NCBI GenBank assembly: GCA_027460535.1
Contig: JAPZAR010000030.1
Location: 1-32,000, forward strand
Source: Candidatus Methanoperedens sp.
GTDB lineage: Archaea > Halobacteriota > Methanosarcinia > Methanosarcinales > Methanoperedenaceae
Direction: 5' to 3'
DNA length: 32,000 bases
A program made the position numbers and the translations under genes. Shown in pieces: positions 1 through 9,291 of the stretch (position 1 is the stretch's first letter; the number at the start of each line of letters is the position of its first letter). A model generated the notes under the pieces. It had not been told where the DNA came from. It saw only the letters and a list, made by a program, of their open reading frames with translations, and made no database searches.

Positions 1-2
1 TA

Positions 3-344
3 ATGAAACTGGGTGGAGCAAATGTCATACTTTGCACTGCTCCAAACAGCAAATCAATGGCAGAACTTGTAAATGGTTTAGCCAGAAATGGTCAGATGAT
101 TATAGTCACCTTTTCAAACGAACCAATGACCATACCGCCTGTTATATTAATGATGGGTCAGAGATCAATTAGCGGATGGGTTGGAGGAACTCCTGAAGAC
201 GCATTAAGGTTTAGCGTCGTTTCTAAAATAAAGCCAATGGTTGAGGTTTTCCCGCTGGAGCAGGCCGCTTTAGCTTTTGAAAAGATGATGACTGCAAAAG
301 TTCACTTTAGGGCTGTTTTGAAAATTGGAAGTGATAAAGAATGA
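3..344 (+). CDS. Zinc-type (MDR family) alcohol dehydrogenase, C-terminal fragment; the 5' end lies outside the window
   Basis: The ORF is open to the window edge. The translation (GGANVILCTAPN...GWVGGTPEDALRFS...VHFRAVLKI) resembles the C-terminal Rossmann part of MDR alcohol dehydrogenases. Its stop overlaps the next start (ATGA at 341-344). Confidence 0.7.
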   Translation: MKLGGANVILCTAPNSKSMAELVNGLARNGQMIIVTFSNEPMTIPPVILMMGQRSISGWVGGTPEDALRFSVVSKIKPMVEVFPLEQAALAFEKMMTAKVHFRAVLKIGSDKE

Positions 345-1051
345 CAGATATAATTAATCTAATCCAGGAAAGACATTCCAGCAGAGGCCAGTTTGATCCA
401 AAAAAGCTTGTTCCAAAGGATAAATTAAAGATGATAATAGAGGCAGCACGTTGGGCCCCAACAGCACACAACATGCAGAACTTTGATATTATTGTAATTG
501 ATGATAAAAAGGTTATCGAAACTCTTGGAAAAATCGAATCCATTATATCACAAGAATTTATTAAAGAAAACTTTGAGCAGCTATCTATGTCAGAAGAAGA
601 GCTGAAAAGAAAAAAAGTAGGGATTTTAGGAACCCAATTTCCACCAAAATGGAGAGAAGCTTCTAAACTGGATGAAGCAATTAAGGAAAGAACCCCTGCT
701 CCTCTTAGCGATACCATCAGGGGAGGGAATACTATACTTTTAATTATTTATGATAGAAGAAAAAGAGCTCCGGCATCCGAGGGTGACGTTCTGGGTTTCT
801 TAAGCCTCGGTTGTGTGATGGAAAATATATGGTTAATGGCTCAGTCATTAGGTGTAAGCGTGCATATAATGAGTGCGTTTGGTGGTGTGCAGAAAGAATT
901 AAAGAGGATACTTAATATTCCTGAATTTATGGAACTTGGATTTGCATGCAAATTAGGCTATCCTGTTTCAGAAACAAAATATCTGAGGGTAAGACGGGAT
1001 ATAGGGTCTTTCACGCATCATAATAAGTTTGGGGAAAAATGGTTAGCCTGA
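341..1051 (+). CDS. Nitroreductase family protein
   Basis: 236-aa ORF. The N-terminus RHSSRGQF...IIEAARWAPTAHNMQNFDIIVI matches the nitroreductase-fold signature (RRS-R-F ... AP-S--N-Q-). It has a 4-nt overlap with the upstream gene. Confidence 0.8.
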   Translation: MTDIINLIQERHSSRGQFDPKKLVPKDKLKMIIEAARWAPTAHNMQNFDIIVIDDKKVIETLGKIESIISQEFIKENFEQLSMSEEELKRKKVGILGTQFPPKWREASKLDEAIKERTPAPLSDTIRGGNTILLIIYDRRKRAPASEGDVLGFLSLGCVMENIWLMAQSLGVSVHIMSAFGGVQKELKRILNIPEFMELGFACKLGYPVSETKYLRVRRDIGSFTHHNKFGEKWLA

Positions 1052-1369
1052 AAATTTTTCATTTCTTTTTTTTCTAATGGATGTTTTAATCGAAATTTTA
1101 TTGTTCTTATCGATAAAACCACAGCATCCATCGGCTCAAGAAGTGGCGTAACTGTGAATGAATAAGCATAAAGGCATAAGATAAATGTGGGAGACAAAGC
1201 CAGAATCAATATTAAATGAATTATTTCTATAAGTAGCGATACAAAGCATATTAAATAAGTTTAATCGTGCCTATGATCTCGCTGATATAATGGCAAAATT
1301 CAAGTAATCTGGCAGAAATTACATCCTATACATTGAAATTAAGGTCATGCTTTGAAAAAGGTGAACAAG

Positions 1370-1921
1370 ATGTATTTTGAAAAAGCAGGTAAAGAGAATA
1401 CCCAAAGAACTTTGCAAATTGCTAAAGAAGAGGCATTAAAGCGTGGAATAAATCACATAGTTGTAGCATCAACATTTGGAGATACAGCACTTGCTGCTGC
1501 TGAGATGTTGAAAGGCACAGGAATAAAACTTGTTGTGGTTACGCATAATACAGGCATTAGAGAGCCGGATCTTCAAACTTTTGACCAGGAAATAAAAAAG
1601 AAAATCGAGAATATGGGTGGAAAGGTTCACACTGGAACAATGGTTTTAAGAGGTCTTGGTACTGCACTTAAGGAAAGAGGCAATCAGTCTTATGAACAGA
1701 TAGTGGCTGATGCCCTGAGAATCTTTGGTCAGGGAACAAAAGTTGTAGTTGAGATTGTGGCTATGAGTGCGGATGCTGGATTGATTCCATTCTCAGATGT
1801 TATTGCAGTAGCTGGAACAGGCAGGGGAGCAGATACTGCTGCCGTAATTTCGGCAAATTCCTCAAATAAATTTTTTGACATTAAACTGAGGGAATATCTG
1901 GTTAAGCCCTATGATTTTTAA
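1370..1921 (+). CDS. Pyruvate kinase alpha/beta (C-terminal) domain-like protein
   Basis: The ORF track starts at TTG 1352; the in-frame ATG at 1370 (MYFEKAGKENT...) is the more likely start. The sequence pattern (VVASTFGDTA...VVVTHNTG...AGTGRGADTA) is typical of the small archaeal PK_C-like family. Confidence 0.65.
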   Translation: MYFEKAGKENTQRTLQIAKEEALKRGINHIVVASTFGDTALAAAEMLKGTGIKLVVVTHNTGIREPDLQTFDQEIKKKIENMGGKVHTGTMVLRGLGTALKERGNQSYEQIVADALRIFGQGTKVVVEIVAMSADAGLIPFSDVIAVAGTGRGADTAAVISANSSNKFFDIKLREYLVKPYDF

Positions 1922-2060
1922 ACAACTCAGGATAGGAGTATTGAAAACCAAAGCGCGATCTCAAGACCGGCAGAGGAATATTCGGTTTTGATTCGATTAT
2001 AAAGTATGACTGGCAGATCGCACTTGGCGGTGAGCCGATAAGTGCAGAGGAATTATACTC

Positions 2061-2274
2061 TCAGAAAAGGGAAGTATTCATGCAATTCCTGAACTTGAAG
2101 GGAAGGTTAATAATATTGATATGTCCCATGAGATAGCGGTCGGCAAGATTGCGGAGGAAGAAATTCAGTATCTGATGGCAAGATAGCGGGAAGGCAACCT
2201 CCGTAATAGTCGGGGGTTTTCTGGATGTCGGAATAAATAGCATCCCTGAACACCTGAAGAGGGAAATAAAATAG
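2061..2274 (+). pseudogene. Frameshifted C-terminal remnant of a SufB/SufD-family Fe-S assembly gene
   Basis: One frame reads [41 protein letters not shown] and stops at 2184-2186. Shifting the frame at 2182 continues [30 protein letters not shown], stopping at 2272-2274. Together these resemble the SufB/SufD C-terminus (PELEI..DV.CSHGAT.G.I.EEQLFYLMSRG..EEA..LIV.GF). No N-terminal part or start codon is present. Confidence 0.5.
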
Positions 2275-2415
2275 GGGATGGGAGCGCCTTATGTGAGTAA
2301 GAATCTCAGAGTGAGGGGATATTTAAATCAAATCTACAATGCGCCGGCTCTCACCGAAAGTCTTATCATTTAAGAAAGCCTATATTATTATGGATAACGG
2401 GAGGTAAGTGAAGTA

Positions 2416-2688
2416 ATGGGAGAATTTGTAGATACGTTCGCGGAGATATATCGGGAAAGAGAAAGGTATCTATTAAATATAGATGAATTGCTGGAAGAAA
2501 TGCATGGCAAAACTGATAGTGAGATAACCGACAATATAAAAGTAGAATTTGGTTGGAATGCAGGGACAGTATGTTGCGGTGCGGTGGTTGATATAGATGA
2601 AGCGCAAGGGTCTGAAATAAAAAAAGGTGAACAATTACTGGTATGCAGTAATAATTGCAGAAAATTTATTGAAATAGCAACATCTTAA
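2416..2688 (+). CDS. Hypothetical protein (90 aa, Cys-containing)
   Basis: ORF only, with GGAGG-like gggaggtaagtg upstream. I recognise no family. Confidence 0.35.
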   Translation: MGEFVDTFAEIYRERERYLLNIDELLEEMHGKTDSEITDNIKVEFGWNAGTVCCGAVVDIDEAQGSEIKKGEQLLVCSNNCRKFIEIATS

Positions 2689-2736
2689 AATAAAATAATT
2701 TGTGTGTTTCAAATTATGGGAATGGGGGTATAAATT

Positions 2737-3021
2737 ATGGCAAGATATATCATAATCTCTAACCTGACAGATGAAGGTGCTAAGACTCTCAAGAAGAATC
2801 CCGGCAGAGTGAAAGAAGTCAATGCCGAGCTCAAAGACATGGATGTAAAAGTGCTAGATCAGTACGCTATCTTAGGAAATTTTGACTTTTTGACCATCGT
2901 GGAAGCCGATGATGAAACTACGATCGCCAAGGCAATTGTTGAAATTGCATCACGTGGCAGCATCAAAACAGCGACATATAAAGCGATACCTATCGACGAG
3001 TTCATCGAATCACTTAAGTGA
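2737..3021 (+). CDS. GYD domain-containing protein
   Basis: 94 aa: MARYIIISNLTDEGAKTLKKNPGRVKEV...LGNFDFLTIVEADDETTIAK. Length and motif layout fit the GYD family. Confidence 0.75.
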   Translation: MARYIIISNLTDEGAKTLKKNPGRVKEVNAELKDMDVKVLDQYAILGNFDFLTIVEADDETTIAKAIVEIASRGSIKTATYKAIPIDEFIESLK

Positions 3022-3092
3022 TTTCCGAAGAATAAATTTATAAAAACGTTTGCAATAGCTTATGGTATGAAAAATAAAAAGAGTGATATAAT

Positions 3093-4199
3093 ATGGTCAA
3101 GAAAAGTGAAGGAAGAAAAGAAGGACTAAAAGAAGACAGCGTGGAAAAGAAGGATATTTTCAAGACATGGGTTGACAGTTATACAGCAGTATCAAAAATG
3201 TGGGAGGATTCCTACCTAAATCTATACAAGCCATGGATTGAATCCACAGGGGAGATGCTTGAGAAGACATCTCTTCTCTCAAAAGAAGCTACTCCACAGA
3301 AATACAAAGAATTCTATGATGAATGGATTAAAACATACCAGAATACCTTTGGTAAATTTTATCCAATCCCAACACTGAATTCCAATAAAGAAACGCTTGA
3401 AAAATTCCTCTTAAGCGCAGAGGAATCCAATAAACTCTACAGATCCTGGATTGCTGAGTTAGAAGAGAATTCCCGGAAGACAAAAGAGATACTCCAGGGC
3501 GAACCAGATCCGGCAAAGCATAAAGAATGCTATGATATGTGGATGAAGTCTTATGAAAAAATATTCGATGAGCTTTTAGAACTACCTGCTCAAGAAAGTA
3601 CAAAAGAGATATTTGGAAATTACATGGGCATACCAGATATCTACTCAAGGAGCTTTTTGCAGATGTCAAAACTATGGAAGAAATCATACGCGCAGCCATT
3701 GAATGAATCCATGCTGAAACTTTCCGAGAAAATGGCAGAAATCTCTCGGGGAGATACAGGCCCCGAAGCCTATAAGGAATTTTATACCTTATGGGTGGAT
3801 ACATATCAGGAAATCTATGGAAAGCATATCCAGTCCATGGAACCTACTAAAGAAATGTTTGAGCATTTTGTTCAGAGCACCAATATTTATGTGAACATAT
3901 ACAAGTCCTGGATAGCTGCACTTGAAAAAATGTCAGAAAAGGCTAAGGAGCTGTCGAAACAAACCTCTGATCCAGAGGCATATAAAGAATTCTATAATCT
4001 ATGGGTAAAGATGTATGGAAAGGCTTTCGATAGCTTTTTTGAGGACATGCCGACAGTAGGTGGCCCTATGAAAGATATCATGGAGTCAGTAAAGGTCATG
4101 GCTAAGATGTACGCTGACACGTTTAATAAGATGTCAAAGATGTGGGTGAAATCGGGCGTTCGTTCAGCGTCAGCATATCCGGGAAAGAATAAAAAATGA
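3093..4199 (+). CDS. Helical W/Y-rich repeat protein (four internal repeats); possibly phasin/PhaE-like
   Basis: 368-aa ORF. The motif P-x-x-(Y/H)-K-E-(F/C)-Y-x-x-W-(I/M/V)-x-x-Y occurs four times (aa ~68, 139, 224, 294), interleaved with three copies of Y(K/R)(S/P)WI(A/E). Confidence 0.6.
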   Translation: MVKKSEGRKEGLKEDSVEKKDIFKTWVDSYTAVSKMWEDSYLNLYKPWIESTGEMLEKTSLLSKEATPQKYKEFYDEWIKTYQNTFGKFYPIPTLNSNKETLEKFLLSAEESNKLYRSWIAELEENSRKTKEILQGEPDPAKHKECYDMWMKSYEKIFDELLELPAQESTKEIFGNYMGIPDIYSRSFLQMSKLWKKSYAQPLNESMLKLSEKMAEISRGDTGPEAYKEFYTLWVDTYQEIYGKHIQSMEPTKEMFEHFVQSTNIYVNIYKSWIAALEKMSEKAKELSKQTSDPEAYKEFYNLWVKMYGKAFDSFFEDMPTVGGPMKDIMESVKVMAKMYADTFNKMSKMWVKSGVRSASAYPGKNKK

Positions 4200-4305
4200 G
4201 TGATTCAGACGGGTTAAAGTGTGGAACCTGGTGTTTTCACCTGCATCTAGGACGCCCTGTACCCGAAGTATCTTGCATGCACCTGAGTAAAGATGTTTGG
4301 CGGGG

Positions 4306-4950
4306 TTAATCGGTAATTGGTTCATAGGGCTTCGCATTTGTTAGATGCTCAAATTTGACCTTCAACAGGGTCTTCTTACCGTTTTTAAATCTAACTTTTG
4401 CACCATCCTTCTGAATCACTTTTGGAACCCGCACAATCCCGCTACTATTTGGTTCAATTCTTTTTTCATAATAGGGTTTGTCGTTATCCCACCATGGGAG
4501 GGGAGTGTTGTTATACAAAATGATACACTTCTCAATAGGTCTATTAGGGTAGAAAATCCTTATTCCCCAATCGCTATCCACAGGTTTTTTTGTGGGCTCG
4601 TAGAACTTCTCTTTAATGAACTCAATCTTGTGCTTATTGGCCCTCTGGAGGAGGGCTATGAAAGCTACGATAACCACTAAAATTGGGGCTATGCGAGTCG
4701 CAATGACTACTAAAATTGATATACCTCGTGTAAGAAGATCTACTTTTGTATAAGGACTGGTATCTACAAAAATATGTCCTGTTCCATTTGTGACAATAAC
4801 ACGGGCGCTAAGAATCCCTTCTTCTCCATTATCTGGAATTCTATACATTACCAATGGATTTGTGAAACCATTTTCAAGTGCATGGACGTTATTTATTACA
4901 AGAATAGAAATATACACCAAAAATATTGTTAATATAATTTTCTTTTTCAT
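4306..4950 (-). CDS. Hypothetical secreted/membrane protein
   Basis: 214-aa ORF with an N-terminal hydrophobic signal-like segment (KKKIILTIFLVYISILVINNVHA) and a central TM stretch (ISILVVIATRIAPILVVIVAFIALL). Confidence 0.5.
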   Translation of the reverse strand: MKKKIILTIFLVYISILVINNVHALENGFTNPLVMYRIPDNGEEGILSARVIVTNGTGHIFVDTSPYTKVDLLTRGISILVVIATRIAPILVVIVAFIALLQRANKHKIEFIKEKFYEPTKKPVDSDWGIRIFYPNRPIEKCIILYNNTPLPWWDNDKPYYEKRIEPNSSGIVRVPKVIQKDGAKVRFKNGKKTLLKVKFEHLTNAKPYEPITD

Positions 4951-5200
4951 TTGTCCTATTATATCGTAAGTTTTGCGTTACTTAAAAGTTACGCTGGCAT
5001 GATTCTGGAATCAGTATATCTTAAAGCGATCGAACAGGTAACAGGAAAAAAATATCATGATATTGAGATTGATGATGACTATATCGCAGCTTTCAATAAC
5101 AGCATAAAGGAAGAAATCGAAAGGCAGTCAACAGGGGGAAGGGTAGATTTTAATCGGCTTTACTACATAGGCAAGAAGTAATAACCATGGGATTGATAGA

Positions 5201-5788
5201 GTGACAATCATGAATTTTTTTGATTCTGCATACAAGGGCACTCCGCCGTGGGATATCGGGCGCCCACAGAAGGAAACCATCCAGCTTGCGGAAGAAGGAG
5301 AAATAAGCGGAAAAGTGCTTGATGCGGGATGTGGAACGGGAGAGAATGCTTTATATCTTGCCGGTCTGGGTTTTGAAGTTTGGGGCATAGATGCAGCGCC
5401 TTCTGCCATCAAAAAAGCAAAAGAGAAGGCCAAAAAACGCGGCTTAACGATAAACTTTCTCGTTTTCGACGCTCTTAAACTTCATTTACTTCAGAATAAG
5501 TTCGATACCATAATCGACTGCGGCCTGTTTCATGTGTTCTCGGATGAGGAGCGCCCGATTTATGCTGCAAGTTTATCTTCGGTGCTCTATCCCGGTGGCC
5601 AGTATTTCATGCTCTGTTTCAGTGAGCATGAGCCGGGATCCTACGGGCCAAGGAGGGTAACTCAGGCTGAGATACGGGCCGAGTTCAGCAAAGGTTGGAA
5701 GATTAATTATATAAGGGAAGCGGAGTTTGAAACAATGTTTGGTGCAGAAAGTGTGAAAGCCTGGCTATCCTCTATCACTTGTTTGTAG
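5201..5788 (+). CDS. Class I SAM-dependent methyltransferase
   Basis: SAM-binding motif I VLDAGCGTGENALYLAGLGFEVWGIDAAPSAI and the post-I acidic residue are present. GTG 5201 or ATG 5210 could be the start. Confidence 0.85.
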   Translation: MTIMNFFDSAYKGTPPWDIGRPQKETIQLAEEGEISGKVLDAGCGTGENALYLAGLGFEVWGIDAAPSAIKKAKEKAKKRGLTINFLVFDALKLHLLQNKFDTIIDCGLFHVFSDEERPIYAASLSSVLYPGGQYFMLCFSEHEPGSYGPRRVTQAEIRAEFSKGWKINYIREAEFETMFGAESVKAWLSSITCL

Positions 5789-5969
5789 ATTATCGCCTGA
5801 TTACATGCGTACTAAACCGTCACAAGAAAAGGAAAGGCAAGGGAAGACCCTGTAAATGAAGAGCCAGATTACTTCTTTTGTTTCCAAGGTCAGTTTCTTC
5901 TATGATTTTACTGGTCATTAGAAAGGTGTTTAATCAACTAAGGCTTTATAAATGATATTTTAAAAGTAT

Positions 5970-6218
5970 TCATCCACTATCATATTCAGGAAAAATAATC
6001 TGTCTGATTTTTTCGCTATTATTTCTCAAAAATCCTGACACATCTTTCAGATGGGGTTCTTTTCCCGGAACAATAACTGCACGGTTTTTACCCCAGATAT
6101 TTATGCAATTGTCTTTACCGCCTTTTATCCGATCCTTATTCTCGCATATATTATCGACAGCAAGATGCAGATAGTAGCACCTTATATATTCTTTTCTCGT
6201 TGTCAGTAACCATTTCAA
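5970..6218 (-). CDS. Hypothetical protein (82 aa)
   Basis: ORF only; no recognisable family. Confidence 0.25.
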   Translation of the reverse strand: MKWLLTTRKEYIRCYYLHLAVDNICENKDRIKGGKDNCINIWGKNRAVIVPGKEPHLKDVSGFLRNNSEKIRQIIFPEYDSG

Positions 6219-6400
6219 GTCCTCTTTTTGTAACCATTCTTTTTTCCCTTCTCGTTTAACTTCTTTTCACATGAAACCAGATCCCCAAAGCATCCCAAAG
6301 ATAATCACAATTATCTTCCCTGCACGAGGGACCTTATTGGTTTTCGATAGAGATACCCAGAATTATCTCACTTTGCCACGTAAAATTAAAGCCGAAAAAG

Positions 6401-6480
6401 GTTATTAAGCGATAGATTTACATACATTTTTGTTATTAACCGATAGATTTACGTACCTTTATGTAATAAGCGAATAGAAC
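6401..6480 (+). repeat. Three tandem ~31-bp direct repeats upstream of the CcmD-like/CoA-binding genes
   Basis: GTTATTAAGCGATAGATTTACATAC (6401-6425), GTTATTAACCGATAGATTTACGTAC (6432-6456) and the degenerate GTAATAAGCGAATAGAAC (6463-6480). The starts are spaced exactly 31 bp apart. Confidence 0.7.
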
Positions 6481-6488
6481 TGGCTATC

Positions 6489-6611
6489 ATGAGTTACTTA
6501 CAGGCTGCATTTATAATTGTGTGGGTTGTACTGATCGCTTATATTTTAAATCTTATCAGGCTGCGAAGAGCCCTGAATAATGAACTTAAAGCCCTGGAAA
6601 ATATAACGTGA
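6489..6611 (+). CDS. CcmD-like small membrane protein (40 aa), absent from the ORF track
   Basis: ATG 6489 to TGA 6609-6611 encodes MSYLQAAFIIVWVVLIAYILNLIRLRRALNNELKALENIT. A single TM followed by R-rich and coiled segments is the typical CcmD-family layout. It ends 1 nt before the next start codon. Confidence 0.45.
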   Translation: MSYLQAAFIIVWVVLIAYILNLIRLRRALNNELKALENIT

Positions 6612-6612
6612 T

Positions 6613-7002
6613 ATGAGCATTGAGACGATCCTTAATTATAAGAACATAGCAGTGGTAGGCATTTCGGATGACCCGGAAAGGCCGAGCTATTTCGTGGCAA
6701 CCTTCCTTGCCAGGCATGGTTTTAACATCATCCCTGTCAATCCCAAGCTGCAAGAGTGGGAAGGCAAACAATGCTTTCCAGATCTTCGATCGATACCTGT
6801 TAAAGTGGATGTGGTGGATATCTTCAGGCGCTCGGAGGCAGTGCCGCCTATCGTGGATGAGGCGATAGCAATAAGAGCAAAAGTAGTCTGGATGCAGGAA
6901 GGCATCGTGAACGAGGAGGCTGCTGCGAAGGCAAGGAAAGCGGGTATCGAGGTCGTCATGGACAGGTGCATGAAAAAGGAATATGCCAGACTGAAAGGTT
7001 AG
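6613..7002 (+). CDS. CoA-binding domain protein (YccU/YneT-like)
   Basis: 129 aa: YKNIAVVGISDDPERPSYFVATFLARHGFNIIPVNPK...VDVVDIFRRSE...VWMQEG matches the CoA_binding_2 pattern. Confidence 0.85.
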   Translation: MSIETILNYKNIAVVGISDDPERPSYFVATFLARHGFNIIPVNPKLQEWEGKQCFPDLRSIPVKVDVVDIFRRSEAVPPIVDEAIAIRAKVVWMQEGIVNEEAAAKARKAGIEVVMDRCMKKEYARLKG

Positions 7003-7070
7003 CTCGATTGCGAAAGTAATCGTTGGCATACGCTTAATGGTGTCAAGATACTTCAAACGGGGGAAAGAAT

Positions 7071-7685
7071 ATGGAATATGATACATTAGCATCAAAAGAA
7101 ACAGTTGATAAAACAATTAAGGCTTTGAGACCGCGTGGCATCAATGCTGAATTTTTGAATAAGAAAGAAGATGCACTCAATAGATTAAAAAAAATGATCC
7201 CGGCAGGCGCGGAGGTAATGACGGGCGGCTCGACAACTCTTGACCAGATTGGCTTTACGGAAATGCTCAAATCAGGAAGACATCCCTGGAAAAACCTGAA
7301 AGATGCAATACTGGCAGAAAAAGACCCTGCCAAACAGATGGAGCTTCGAAAGAAAAGTGTGACCGCAGAATACATGATCGGCAGCGTGCATGCGGTTGTG
7401 GAGACAGGGGAAGTTCTGGTAGTGAACGCCAGCGGCAGCTCAATTCCCGCATACTCCTTCTCATCTGATAATGTTATCTGGATAGCGGGGACGCAAAAAA
7501 TAGTGCCCGCAGTGGAAGAGGGTTTCAAGCGCCTCCGTGAGTATTGTTTCCCCCTGGAAGACAAAAGAATGAAAAGCGTCGGATATCCGGGAAGCACATT
7601 AGGAAAATTTTTGCTATTTGAGAAGGAAACGAATCCAAGCCGAAAAGTGACTCTCATTTTTGTAAATGAGAAGTTGGGATTTTAG
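7071..7685 (+). CDS. LUD (lactate utilisation, LutC/YkgG-like, DUF162) domain protein
   Basis: 204 aa. The segments ...AGAEVMTGGSTTLDQIGF... and ...GSVHAVVETGEVLVVNASGS... are typical of LUD-domain proteins. Confidence 0.65.
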   Translation: MEYDTLASKETVDKTIKALRPRGINAEFLNKKEDALNRLKKMIPAGAEVMTGGSTTLDQIGFTEMLKSGRHPWKNLKDAILAEKDPAKQMELRKKSVTAEYMIGSVHAVVETGEVLVVNASGSSIPAYSFSSDNVIWIAGTQKIVPAVEEGFKRLREYCFPLEDKRMKSVGYPGSTLGKFLLFEKETNPSRKVTLIFVNEKLGF

Positions 7686-7887
7686 CAATACCGAATATCG
7701 TTTATTTCATTGACATCAAAAAATGGATTTACCAAATATATAAAGAATATTTATGTTATTCTTTTTTCTGGCCGGGTTACTTCACAGGCTTAATGTCTGA
7801 TTTTTTTCATAAAGCACTTGGATGGTCATAATCCACTCTTAACTTATTGAATTTTTGTGAATTATTTCATAAGACATAGAATTGAAT

Positions 7888-7908
7888 GGGGAGTTCAACT
7901 CCCCTTTT
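7888..7908. terminator. Hairpin plus T-run between convergent genes
   Basis: GGGGAGT-TCA-ACTCCCC (7-bp stem, 7888-7904) is followed by TTTT (7905-7908). It lies between the convergent 7071-7685(+) and 7916-9094(-) genes. Confidence 0.4.
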
Positions 7909-7915
7909 CAGAATT

Positions 7916-9094
7916 TCAGTCCTTATCCTTTTTGTCTTTATGAGAAATCGGTGTAATGGTGCCGAACAACCCATGCTGCTCCTTCTTGATTCCCGCGGCA
8001 AAGAAGAGTGTATTAACAGGTCCTGCCCTCGCGCCGTTGCCGAAGCCCAGTCCCCAGAGCCCGTCGATGCTGATAGGCTTTCCATGATCTCCACTCAGCA
8101 AACCTTTGAAATTTCCATTCTCGTGCTCAAAAGCTGCTATCTGGCCGCTTCCGAAATTACCCACCAGCAAATCATCGCTGAACTTGCCGAAATCAGATGG
8201 TGCGAGCGCTATTCCCCATGGTGCATCCATCCATTTCCCATGTTCCAGGCGCATCATCAGTTTCCCATTTGGATCGAAGCAATCCACAAAGCCAAGACCC
8301 GGACCGTCCAGGTTGTCGTGCTTCTGTGCATCCTGCTTCGCAAAGGTCACGAATAACTCTCCGTTGACGTTCTGCACATTGAAGGGGGCAAACCCTCTAG
8401 GAATTTTCTTGTCGGTGAAGGCGCCGGCAGCCATCATGACCGGGTTGAAGTCTGTGTCAAAAACGTCCACGCTGCCGCCGCGGAAGTTCGCGACATAGAG
8501 GAAGTCCTGGTTGCCGTTCCGGGCAATCGCTGCACCTTTATAAACTGCGCCGGGTGAGTTGTCCATCATGAGCGTTGCGTTGTTGGGATCAACGGCAGGG
8601 TTCCAGGCCGAGATTGTCCCGTCTTCCGTTACAAAGATGAACCGTGCCGGATTACCGGGCGTAACGTTGAATTCAGGAAGGCCATTGAAAACGATTCCCG
8701 TTGGGGTAGAAGGGCTGCTCCCACCCGGAGGCGGAGGTATCGTAACGATCAGTGAGGAAGGTACACCTGTTCCATTATACAGAGTTGAAACTCCCATACC
8801 GTTATCTGCTACCCACCATGGCGTCGTTGGGCCGTGCACAATGCCCCAGGAGTTCACGAGATTTGGATCGGTAATTTGTGCCATTCCAGGGACATCAGAA
8901 ACAAGATTTGTCTGCTGATACTGCTTCCCTGCCATGGCAGGAGAGGCACTCACGACAGCTCCTAATGCTAGAAACGCCAGTATTGCAAACATTGGCCATG
9001 CTAGCCTTTTTTCAATGGTTCCAGTCATCTCTTTTTCCTTTGATATCCTGACCGGATAGAATTTCATTTCATCGATTTTGTCATTACTAACCAT
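7916..9094 (-). CDS. TIGR03118-like secreted beta-propeller protein
   Basis: 392-aa ORF with a signal-like segment (WPMFAILAFLALGAVVSASPAMA) followed by YQQTNLVSDVPGMAQITDPNLVNSWGIVHGPTTPWWVADNG, which matches my memory of the TIGR03118 family. The real start may be the internal Met at ~9028. Confidence 0.65.
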   Translation of the reverse strand: MVSNDKIDEMKFYPVRISKEKEMTGTIEKRLAWPMFAILAFLALGAVVSASPAMAGKQYQQTNLVSDVPGMAQITDPNLVNSWGIVHGPTTPWWVADNGMGVSTLYNGTGVPSSLIVTIPPPPGGSSPSTPTGIVFNGLPEFNVTPGNPARFIFVTEDGTISAWNPAVDPNNATLMMDNSPGAVYKGAAIARNGNQDFLYVANFRGGSVDVFDTDFNPVMMAAGAFTDKKIPRGFAPFNVQNVNGELFVTFAKQDAQKHDNLDGPGLGFVDCFDPNGKLMMRLEHGKWMDAPWGIALAPSDFGKFSDDLLVGNFGSGQIAAFEHENGNFKGLLSGDHGKPISIDGLWGLGFGNGARAGPVNTLFFAAGIKKEQHGLFGTITPISHKDKKDKD

Positions 9095-9291
9095 ATTCTC
9101 ACCACAGGAACATTAATTCTGAATATTGATAAACTTAATCCTCGAAGGTAACATGAGTAATTTTATCTAAAATTCTGCATTCTTTTTCTTTAATAACTCA
9201 GATTTTTGGATCATTAATTTTCATTTTTTTAACCGGAACCAGCATAAGTAACTATATACTATATTATTCAAAATAAAGTCCGGAGATATCA

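Noticed and set aside
1018-1209. 63-aa minus-strand ORF downstream of the nitroreductase gene
   Set aside because: It overlaps the 3' end of the nitroreductase gene, lies in an A+T-rich intergenic region, and has no supporting signal.
4951-5181. 76-aa + strand ORF (TTG start; internal ATG at 4999) between the membrane protein and the methyltransferase
   Set aside because: No recognisable family and no convincing start or RBS. It could be a real small protein, but the evidence is too weak to list it as a feature.
6586-7657. Minus-strand ORFs 6586-7116, 6687-6971, 7043-7657 and 7267-7464
   Set aside because: They are antisense to the well-supported CoA-binding and LUD-domain genes, and their translations are low-complexity.
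7886-8918. Plus-strand ORFs 7886-8356, 8106-8498 and 8559-8918
   Set aside because: They are shadows of the TIGR03118-like gene on the minus strand.
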